Below are positions 13,079-23,700 of a DNA stretch of 64,000 nt, one piece after another (within the stretch, counting starts at the first letter, position 1; each line of letters begins with the position of its first letter). The DNA comes from Selaginella moellendorffii. Lineage: Eukaryota; Plantae; Lycopodiophyta. Below the pieces are notes generated by a model. That model did no database searches. It was given only the letters and a program-made list of their open reading frames with translations, and had not been told where the DNA came from. The position numbers and the translations under genes are program-made. Location of the stretch: assembly GCF_000143415.4 (NCBI RefSeq), contig NW_003314285.1:1499471-1563470 (forward strand). The letters are read 5' to 3'.

Positions 13079-15718
13079 ATGAGTGAGAGAGACTCAAGCT
13101 CGAAAAGGTTGGTTCGTGTGCGGTTTTTTCGAATTGCAGACTTAGTACCAACTGCCACTTGATTTTCTAGTTTCTGTCTAGGCAAAGGTAAATTAGTATT
13201 GAAGTATGTATCAACTTACATAATGTTTCTTGCAGCCCATAATCAAAGGAGAAAGAGCGTCATTCTTTAAAAATGCCCGAGGGGACGAGCAGCAGAAGGA
13301 GATAGAGTGGCATGCGATTGAGCAGTGAACTTTGAATATGAAGAGAACAAAGGTGAAAAAGTTGCTCTCGATTGCAGACATACGACGCGGGCAGGAATGG
13401 CTTGATAGCATTGCCGAGATTTGTTCTTGCGTTCGTAAGTTCTTATAAAATTTGTGAAACATTTCATAACTCCTTGTGTGTGTAGGAACTGGTAAAGCAC
13501 CGGAGGAACTCATTTACAACATCTCTAAGAGTAAAATGTCCTTTGCTGAACAAAGTGTCTACTTGGAACTTCTCAACACTTGGCTGCGAAACAACGAAAA
13601 ATGCTGCAAGATAAGGATGGAGAAGGTGATGAAGGAGAAGGTGTACATTTCTCAGAGTATTGCCGCTGGTGAGGAGATTTTACAAGTTTGGGATGAGAAG
13701 TTTCTTTCTAGCACCCACACAGGTATCACTCTTGAAGAATATATTCGTGCTTGTCTTGTGGAGCTAGGGAATGGTTGGCTTCCACGTGGTGGGACGAGTT
13801 CGGCTGAGTTCAAGAACCAACCAAGACAACCATTTCTTGCGAGGCACATGGTTTACAGGTATTTTTTCAATTCTCATTTATATATTAGTATTTATATTTT
13901 TGTTTTACTTTGTAGATATTTAAAATATTGCCCCGGTGCACCGGTATACACAACCGGTGTTTTGCATAAGCTCTTGACTAGAGGCAAGAAGCTTGGGATG
14001 TATGAGCCAGAGTTCTATTGTCCTTGTATACATGAGAGGGAGCTATGCCCATGGTACCTTGAACTCGTGGAGCAGATGCCAACATTGGACTTTGAGCTAG
14101 ATCTCTACCTTGAATGTCATCCAGGTTCACTTGAAACTCAGCACTTAGCTAGGAAATATTAACCTTGAGTTATATTCTTATTTTCCAGAGGCTCTTTCAG
14201 ACTGTGATAACGACGTTGTTGAAGTTCAACAACTAAACCTAGGAGTTAGCACTTAGGAAACCATTCAGGAGATGCCAAATCCAAATACCGTTGAACCAGA
14301 GGAAACTGTACAGGAAATTCCAGCACAAGAGATTCCAGTGCCTACTCCTCGCAACCCCCGAAGTGGCCGTCATGAAGCCTTTCATGAGAGTAAGGACTTT
14401 GATTTGGAACATTCTTTTATTCATTCTTGACTTCACTTTTTTTTTTATAGATGTTGTAGAGAGCAGCCATCAGTCTTTTTGGCAGACTAAGACATTCTTC
14501 CCATCCCTCCCTACGGCTACAGATGACGACCTAGAAGAGCTCTCCTCTATAGCGATGCATAAACAGGTTAGTAAGCATGAATTTTATTTTCAACTTTTAG
14601 TTCTAATAATTGATTTTCAGGTTTGCCCTCTATCCCCAACGGCCAGTGTTGGGGAAGTTACTATTCTCATTGGGGATTACACACAGCTTTTAGATGCTAC
14701 TAGTCGGGAGCTCTACATGCTTGATCGGTGGATCCATGGTTTGGGTCAACTCACACCTTATGGGAAGATCGATTTCATCTTTTTCGATCTTCCCAATGGG
14801 ATGGCACCACTGCAGGGGGATACTCCGTCATGGAATGTGTTGCAAGCCCAACACATTTCCCAAGCCTTAAAGGTTGTGAGCAGCTTCATGACATACGAGG
14901 GTGTGGTTGTCATGATCCTTCCTCGCTCTCTAATGTGGGAAGGCCTTCTCGCACACTTGGCTGACAACGATGATGGATTTGTTGAGTTTTTATCTGGCTG
15001 CCTTCTTTCAAGTATGGCAGTGGACACAAAAGGCACTAGCAGGCAAACGCAAAAGGTGTGTGACTTCTTTATTTATAAATTAACTCTATTCTATTTTTTT
15101 TTCCAGATTTATTCCTAGAACTACCATGCTCTATGCCACATTGGGAACCGGCGTAATGCCACACGAGCTGACGAGCGTGCTGCTCTTGCTTTACCAGGAT
15201 ATGACAGCTCTACAGACATCATCTCAAATGTGATTGACTCGGACGTTCTTCACCCAGTGTTCCCTAGTTATCGACATCGTTCGGTCACGGCCATGCAAAT
15301 CTTGTTGGAGTTATTCTGTCTGCCAAAGGGGATTGTGCTTGATGCTACAGCAAGATTTGGATCAATAGTGCAGGCAGCAAAAGAGACAGGCCGAGCGGTT
15401 TTTGCACTTGAGAAGGAGGGTGCCTTTGAGGACATTCTTAGGAGATTTTGCGATAGGTGATGTTAGTGCTTGAAATAATCTATAATATTTATTCTCAAAT
15501 GTTTCTATTTTATTAGGTCTACACTTATCACACACAGTATTTCAGTCCACACGCTTGATCTTGATGATATGGATGATCATATGGACCGAAGTCAATTCCA
15601 CTTACCTATTTATGCTGAACGTATGGCACAACATTACATACAACACGAGCCTATAGTGAAGGAGCATTCCACTATACCCATTTCTACTTTTCTGGATATG
15701 GAAGCAGAAGAAGATTGA
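13079..15718 (+). pseudogene. Multi-exon transposon accessory gene with C-terminal beta-class N4C/N6A DNA methyltransferase-like domain
   Basis: EVTILIGD...IDFIFFDLPNG (motif IV-like, 14786-14797), then HPVFPSYRHRSVTAMQILLELFCLPKGIVLDATARFGSIVQAAKETGRAVFALE (motif X/I-III-like). Introns include 14567-14620, 15056-15106 and 15457-15517. In-frame stops include 15116-15118. The start position is uncertain. Confidence 0.7.
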
Positions 15719-15975
15719 ATATATTCTAATTTTAATATATATTATATTTTTTAATATATTATTTTCTTTTTTGGTAGACTAAAAGATTAGTTCATGTCAA
15801 ACCAATAATCTACATGAGCTTATGGAATACCTTAAACACCTAGATTTTATGTTAAAAATTTTTGGTTCGGGACGAACTAAGGATTAAACTTTCGCTAGTT
15901 AGGGGATTGTATTGACTTCTTTTGACTTTCGTTGACTTTCATTGACTTGAGCTCAGCTCAAAAACTACCCAGCCC

Positions 15976-16090
15976 CACTAGGACTTGGAGGAGATTCAGC
16001 TTAGTCTGGCTCCTCCATCAATGGCAAATGTGTATGAGATCAAGATTTTTGTAGAGTTTTCTGATCATTGCAACCCATGGACATTGGACG
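15976..16090 (+). pseudogene. 3' continuation of the PLATZ pseudogene after the transposon, truncated by Gypsy sequence
   Basis: After the right TSD the frame reads H*DLEEIQLSLAPPSM, in frame with ...DSQDEP before the left TSD and echoing the upstream IELSLSL motif. Confidence 0.6.
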
Positions 16091-18531
16091 AAGGGACATG
16101 GGAGGAGCATGTTTGTGATGTTTGTAAAGTGTTGGATTGGCTATGCAATGTTGGTTTAAAGCTGAAGCGGTCGAAATGCGTGTTTGGGTCCAAGGATACA
16201 ACTTATCTTGAGTACCATATTTCTTGTGAAGGTTTGCAAGTTGACCCTGACAAACTTGTGGCTGTTCTCAAGTTCCCTACTCTGAAGTGTGTGAATGATG
16301 TGCAACGCTTCTTGGGCAAGGTGCAATATCTTGGTCGTTTTGTGGATCATCTTTTTTATTGGACTGCACCATTGCGAGCATTGCTGAAGTCATCAACATC
16401 ATATTTCATTTGGTTTTTGGGTTGTGAGCGGGCGTTTGGGGATCTCAAAGAGTTATTGACGACTCCTTCGGTTTTGGCATATCCTAACTACACTCGACCT
16501 TTTATTTTACGCGTGGATGCTTCTGACATTAGTCTTGGAGGTGTGTTGATGCAAGAGAGCTTAAGTGTGCTTGGTTAACGCCATCCCATTGCATATATAA
16601 GCCATATATTACAACCAGCAGAAATGAACTACTCCACGACAAAGGAGGAGTGTTTAGTAGCAGTTTGGGGTTTCGAGAAACTTCATGCATATCTATATGG
16701 TTCTCGGACATTACTTGAAGGTAATCATGCTGCTATTACTTCATTATTGAAGTGGAAGAACCTGGTTGGTCGTACTGCTCAATGGGCTTTGAAGCTTCAG
16801 ATATATGATTTTGATGTTGTTCATCACCCAAGGAGTTCTATGGCTGATGCTGATGCCCTTTCTCGAGCTCCTCTTCTTTGTCCATTCTCTTCTCATATTT
16901 CTGACGAGCCTGTTGTTCCAGCCTCTATGGATTTTCTAAACGAGGATTCTATACCATTGGCAGTTACTGTATTTAACATTCAATGTTCACAAGGCACAAA
17001 GCAGGATCTCCCTTCTCTTGATGAGGTTCGCGAGGCTTAAAAGATTGAGCTGTGGATTTGAAAGCTTCGGAATGGGTTTAAGAATCTTGCATCACTTGTT
17101 GATAACTTGCCTTTCTGGCATTTACATTCTCAATATCGCGTTGAAGACGGCCTTCTTTATTTTGTGGGGACGGATCCTAATGATCATTTATGCCTGGTGG
17201 TGCCATCTATCTTTATTTTGCAGTTTCTTCATGCATACCATGATTCTCCTGTTCTAGGTGGGCATATGGGACATCGTTGTGTAACCGAGAAGCTGCGCAG
17301 GTCTTTCTATTGGCCGGAGATATAACGTGATATTATCTGGTATGTGCGTAGCTGTGTTTGGTGCCAAGCTCATAATACTCCCCCTCGGGTTGTGGAAGGA
17401 TTGTTGGAGTCAATTGCAATTTCTTGTCCATTTGAGTTAGTGGCGTTTGATCTTATAGGTCGACTGCTGGCAATGAGTATGTTATTATTGCTTTTGACTA
17501 CTTGACTCGTTGGGTGGAAGTTAGTGCTCTTGCTAGCGCCTTTGCAACTGCTGTTGGATACTTCCTCCTCAATCGAGTAGTGTTCCAGCATTCTTGTCTA
17601 GAGCGGATTCTTTCAGATAATGGTCCCACATTTATGACTGAGGCATTTCATGTTTTGATGATACACCACACTTTCATAAGTGCTTATCATACACAATTAG
17701 ACAGTTTGGTGGAACAGCTCATTCGGACATTCAAGGGAATGATTGGTATATGAACTTTTAGCATTCGGATTGGAATGGTTATTTGCCATCTCTTCGGTAT
17801 GTATATGTCATAAGGGTGTAGAGTTTTGTTGGTGCTTCACCATATAAACTCTTATATGGTCATGATCCAATATTACCAATGGAGCTGGGTTTACTTTCGC
17901 AATTGCCACGAACTGCCGATGCTAGGTCATGGGATTAGTATTTGACGAGCATTCTTCCACTTGTCCGAGCAGAATCTGCTGAACACTTATGTCGTGTACA
18001 AGTGGGACAACAATGGCGGTACAACTCTTATCATCGTCCACCTGCGGAGTACAAAATGGATGATTTGGTGTTAGTCCGTTTTCCCCATCTTACGGTACGT
18101 GGTTTGTCTAAGGGGCTCCTTGCGTAGTGGAAAGGACCGTATCAGGTGTTACAGCAAGTTGGACCACAAGTTTATGAGGTTCGGCATGACATCCAGCAGA
18201 CCAATCCTCCAGAAACTGTGCATGTGCAGCGGTTGAAATGCTTCATACAAAGGGATTAGGAGCAGTTAATACCACCTACAGATTCGCCAATGCCTCCTCC
18301 TGATATTCCTCTAGATCCTGGCTCGTTTACAAAAGAACCCTGATGGTCTTCCATTATTCCGAGAGGAGGGGATAATGTGAGGGCCAAGTGTACGGCTACG
18401 ATGCCATATACTAATATTAGCATAGTGGGATTTTGGTAGCCGTCAGATTGGTTTCAATCCAGACCACTTGCTCCTGTATATAAGCTAGGGTTTTTGGGTT
18501 AATTGACATGCACATTTCTATATTCCCTTTT
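16091..18531 (+). mobile_element. 5'-truncated, degenerate Ty3/Gypsy element: RT C-terminus, RNase H, integrase, PPT and partial 3' LTR (18376-~18531)
   Basis: GLKLKRSKCVFG; FILRVDASDISLGGVLMQ; NYSTTKEECLVAVW; HDSPVLGGHMG; ILSDNGPTF; WKGPYQV. The order RT-RH-INT indicates Gypsy. PPT gagaggagggga precedes TGTGAGG. Confidence 0.9.
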
Positions 18532-18534
18532 AAG

Positions 18535-19691
18535 AAATCCCTCATCGAAAGTGCATGCCTCTTGGAGACAACTACAAGTATAGATATGATATAGATCAAC
18601 ATGGACACCCTTCTTACATATATAGACTTTATGCTAGTTCTAAACTTAAATATATTGTTCCAATATTGTTATAAGTTTTGAGATGAGGATGTCTAAGAAT
18701 CTATAGAGATCTAATTGGTTGAATTGAAAAGTTGCTCCAACTCTAATTTTAGGAAGAGATGCTGGTAAAACCATTTAAAACACTCTTAAACCTCTTACCA
18801 ACACCTCTTTATCTTTTGCAAAAATGGGAAAAAATTTGTAAAAACTAAAAAATTGTATACACTAGAAAGAACTTGTCTAATTACATGTGGATGAATAAAT
18901 TTTACTCAGTGTTCATATCTTCCTTAATACAATTAAAATATGTAGTAAAGTTGCCCTTTATTAGTGTTAGCTAGCCAAAACATCTTACTGTGTAAAGTAT
19001 CCTTTCACATGTTGGTGGATAAAGTAGTAATAACTACGTAATGGGAATACCCATTTATTATTGCATGAACCCATAGGTTCTATAGTACCAACATAGAGGA
19101 ATAAAAATAGATGTGTTAAATTTTAAGCACTACTTAGAAGAATCTGCTATATGTTACTATCAATATGTCAGAGGTGCATGTAATAATCACTAATTTATCA
19201 TATATTGAAAACATCTTTCATGGCACTCTAGGTCGATAAAGATAAATGTTTTATAGACCTTCTTAGCAAAGATTTCAAAACACATTTGCCTTAATGCTTT
19301 ATATGAATTCTAGATTCCCCGGTTGCTTTTAATAACTTGCAATGGGATCAACTCTTGAATCTTACTTAGCTACAATTTGTCATGTATCCTTGAGAACATT
19401 AACTCTATGCTAACCAAACTAGCATATCATCTTGGACAGGTACTACTAAATGGTGCCTACAATGTGCTTTAAATTGCAATTATAAAGAAGATAGTGTCAA
19501 ATAAAGCCCACTAGTCTCTTTTGAGATCCCAATTCATTCCAAATTGCAAATGAGCCCTACTGCATTAATAGAGTCCCAACACCCACCTAATATGCCAAAA
19601 CACTATAATAGCCCCAATATTTATGTTTTAATTAAATTTCTCTTTCAGTTGCAATTGATCACTAGCTTATGTCATGTGGCAAGCACACCCC
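18535..19691. repeat. Degenerate repeat block, copy 2 (duplicate of 97-1259)
   Basis: Direct near-identity to 97-1259; ends exactly where the LTR at 19692 begins. Confidence 0.85.
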
Positions 19692-20759
19692 TGTAGTGCA
19701 TGTGGTTTTGACCCTTTATCCTATGGTGATTTACCATAGGATAACACCACGAAGCGAAACTTAAACCCTCTTTGTGTCACGTGATAGATGCCACATGTCA
19801 CATGCCACGTGTCCAAAAGATAGTGGTGTGGAACCCGAGTTTTAGGGCCTTGGGCCACTGAACGACGGAATGGTGCCAAACTCCCAAGCATGGAGTCAGG
19901 GAGTGACAGAACTAGACCACGGAGAAACTCTCGAGCATATAGCCCAAGGAGCGAAGGGATAGAAGTTCGGAGCAACTTGGAACAGTCCTAGAGCAACCAG
20001 CATCCCAATGCCAAGACTAGCATGCAAAACGAAGCCAAATAGAGTCTGGCGCTATTTCGGCATACCGGTGGCCTAACATAAGGATATAGGTACTCTACCC
20101 TCTACCAACTAGCATGGTATGGAATTTAGGATTACCCCTACTATATATTTGGAAACCCCCACAGCCGCCCCCCCACCCCCCCCTTGAGGAACATATGCTT
20201 TGGGCTTTCACCCGAAGCCTCCCTTAGTATCAGGAGTTAGTCCCTGAGACAAGCTCGAAACTTATTAAATATGGAATGGCGCTAGATTGTGAATTTGGAC
20301 ATGGGACGAACACTATTGTGTTCAAGCCAATCTCTACATTCTATAGATATGCCAAATGAGAAAATCTAGATACTTTCCATAAATAACATTTGGGACCAAA
20401 ATGAGACTAACACAAAAGGCATGATAGCGAGGGTGTTTGGTAGACACGGTAAGCTATCATTTAGCGATATTGAGGGACTAGTCTCAATATGCGAGGGTTC
20501 TTGTCAAGCCAGTGCAAGACAAAGCAAAAGAGAACTAAAAAGCCGGGCCAAGTATGCTTGGCTAAATAGACACTTAGGAATTCAGTCCTTATGCTCTTCC
20601 AGCCAAGTATAGATGCAAAGCCCAATTTACTAACACTTGAACAAGAGGGGCTGATAAGGTCCAACAATACCGACCTCCTACTATTGTGGCAGGAAGGAAA
20701 GAGTGTCCGTAAGGATTAGTTGATAAGTAACTTTTGATACTCGAAGTCACATTCGCGCA
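19692..20759 (-). mobile_element. ~1.07 kb LTR (3' LTR of a minus-strand retrotransposon), PPT at 20760-20772
   Basis: Minus strand reads AGGGGGGGAGAG then TGCGCGAATGTGAC...GCACTACA. It is the reverse complement of 21826-22968. Confidence 0.85.
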
Positions 20760-23700
20760 CTCTCCCCCCCTAAGGAAGATCAATGTCCTCGTCAATGCAT
20801 ACTCGAGCCTAGAATACCACTAAGGAAACAACTCTAGAAAAAGTTTACAGTATTCACACTATATGAGAAATGCACTGACTTAAATGAGTTAAGAGGCAAC
20901 CTCTTTGTCTAACGTGTATGCGCTACCAGCTCAGACACCTTCCGGCCGTCGCCGACAAGGAAATGACCAACGGAGTCAACCACCCTTGCTGCTCTGGTTG
21001 TCACCTAGCTTACAAAAGTGTGATACGCCCTTGCCTGTAGGGACATAGAGAGAGAAGATAGAGGCCCCAACCATCTTGAGCAAAGAAACCAAACCTATCG
21101 GTAAGGTTTAGATAAACTACTGTAAACAGGTAGTTAGAGTTGTTTACACGATCATGCCTTTTTAACAGAATAAAGAACATCAACAGAAAGGCGGGTGATG
21201 TGACCAGTCGACAGTAGCTACCTCATGACTAGAGATTTCACCATGCATATGAAGTGCCAAAGCCAGTCTGCCTATACTGGCCCAAACTCAAAGATCAATA
21301 GATGGACAATATCAAAGTCATAGACAATGATATCTTAAAAACTTAATTATTAGTGAATATATCTTAGATTAGAACACAAAAGTATTCCAAGTAAGTTATC
21401 ATCCGATAAACTAGTAGTATAGTATATGAACCACCAAGATCAGCATGATTGGAAAAGATAAGATTCACTATCCAACAAAATTTAATAGTTAGTGTATCAT
21501 CAAGAAAACTCAATGATGAAACTTAACTATCGAAAGTTGTAGACAGTATGTCAAACAACTTACCAAAAACAACTCAAAGAACACAAAGTATCATTGATTG
21601 GCAAGCAAGATGCTCGCAAATGTATCACCTGAAAGAAATAACATCCCAACCTCTTAGAATTAACTCAAACAATAATCAATAGAACAGAATGAATATGGCA
21701 AGACTAACAAACACTCATTCATGTTAACTATTGCATTAGCCAGTCTCAATAGATCTCGGTCAATAATACCAAAGAACTTAAGTTTCCAAAGCAAGTGTCA
21801 GCAATATTCTATTGATGTCTAAAACTGTCGCGAATGTGACTTCGGGTATCGAAAGTTACCTGTCGGCCAGTCCTTACGGACACTCTTACCTTACTGCCAC
21901 GATGGCAGGAGGTCGGTATTGCTGGACCCGTTATTAGTCTCCGCCTAAGCTAGTTGAGAAACTGGTCCTCGCGTGTGCACTTGACCAGATGGGCATAAGG
22001 ACGGAATTCCTAAGTGCTATTAGTCAAGCATACTTGACCTGGTTAGAGAAACTCATTCGTTGACTTGCACTTGCTAGTGTTGGGAACCCCCGCGATATTG
22101 AGCTTGGTCCCTCAACATCGCTAGATGATAGCTTACCGTGTCTGCCAAACACCCTCGCTATCATGCCCTTTGTGTTAGTCTCATTTCGGTCCCAAATGCT
22201 ATTTATGGAAAGTGTCTAGATTTGCTCATTTGGCATATCTACGGAATGTAGAGATCGGCCTAAACACAATGGTGTTCGTCCCGTGTCCAAATTCACAATC
22301 TAGGGACATTCCATATTTAGTAAGTTTCAAGCTTGTCCCAGAGACTAACTCCTGATACTAAGGGAGGCTTGGGGTGAAAGCCCAAAGCGTGTGTTCCTCA
22401 AGGGGGGGGGGCTATGGGGGGTTCCAAATGTATAGTAGGGATAGTGGGTAGGTCGGGCATGGCCGACCAACCTGAGGCATAGTCTAGCTCCCGCTTGCGT
22501 GCCTGTCCTTGTTCTGCGTCCGGCTTGGGTCTAAGCCCAAGTTCCATTCCATGCTAGTTGGTGGAGTACCCATATCCTCGCGTTAGGCCACCGGTATGCC
22601 GAAATAGTGCCAGACTCCGTTTGGCTCCGTTTTGCGTGCTGGTCCTGGCATTGGGATGCTGGTTGCTCTAGGACTGTTCCAAGTCGCTCCGGGCCCCTGT
22701 CCCTTCGCTCCTTGGGCTATATGCTCGGGAGTTGCTCCGTGGTCCGGTTCCATCACTCCTTGGCATCACGCTTGGGAGTTTGGCATCGTTCCTTCGTTCA
22801 GTGGCCCAAGGCCCTGAACCTCGGGTTCCTGTGGACACGTGGCATGGACACGTGGCATGTGACACGTGGCATCTGTCACGTGGCACAAAGAGGGTTTAGG
22901 TTCCGCTTCGTGGTGTTATCCTATGGTAAATTACCATAGGATAAAGGGTCAAAACCACGTGCGCTACAAAAACCCAAGGGACCAATCCAAAGCAAACCAC
23001 AAAGAACATGTGGTATTGCAAAAAGCCACAAACCATTGAAAAAAAAACTAACCATCATTAAAGATCATCAATCATTCCATCAATAGAGAGATGCATAATT
23101 ATCATCGAAGAAAGAACCCACCATCTCGAAGAATGGAAAATCATTCTAGATCAACAATAACTAAGCAAAACCTTTAACAAGGATAATCAATTATACTAGA
23201 TGATAGTCAATCATCATCAATGATTGCTAAATGCAAAATATTAACTTCAACATCGAAGCTAAGAGCCAAAATGTCTTCCCCAACAACTTCTAACAAATGG
23301 AGCAACGAGCATAAAACTCAAAGAACCAAAAGTTTGAAGAAGCCTATAACTAAGTCTTTGTTTATAATGATCACAAGTCTTGCATGAATTAACTTCAATG
23401 CTAAAGAAGAAATCATAGTACAATCCATAATATCCTCCTCAACACATCCATAAGCTAAACTTCATAATGCCAAAGCTAATGAAAAGCATGTCTGCATCAA
23501 TCCAAAAGCTAAGCATAACAAAGTTATGCTCAACAAGTGATCACCAAACGATCCTCCATGAATCCATCTATAGCAAGACGTAACTCACTTTATAAGAAAC
23601 ACAAGAGGAATCATCAATGATCAGTATATTCCAACTCAAATCCAATAAAGACTCAAACATTCTAATATCGATCACTAACTCTTCCACTTGTAGAGTTAGC

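Larger units (their letters stand above)
9195..15970. mobile_element. Complete 6776-bp Mutator-like (MULE-related) DNA transposon carrying a transposase and a DNA amino-methyltransferase-like gene
   Basis: Left end GGGTAGGTTTTGAGCT; right end AGCTCAAAAACTACCC (inverted, 1 mismatch in 16). TSD AGCCC at 9190-9194 and 15971-15975. Internal inverted GTTCGTCCCGAAC at 9262-9274 and 15865-15877. Removing the element restores the PLATZ reading frame. Confidence 0.9.

Noticed and set aside
15985-16578. Genuine 197-aa gene
   Set aside because: Chance in-frame junction of the PLATZ tail and a Gypsy RT/RNase H remnant.
19692-22968. A single foldback/TIR DNA transposon with 1.1 kb arms
   Set aside because: Each arm is TG...CA bounded. 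One has a PPT and the other its own AAAAC TSD, so they are two LTRs.
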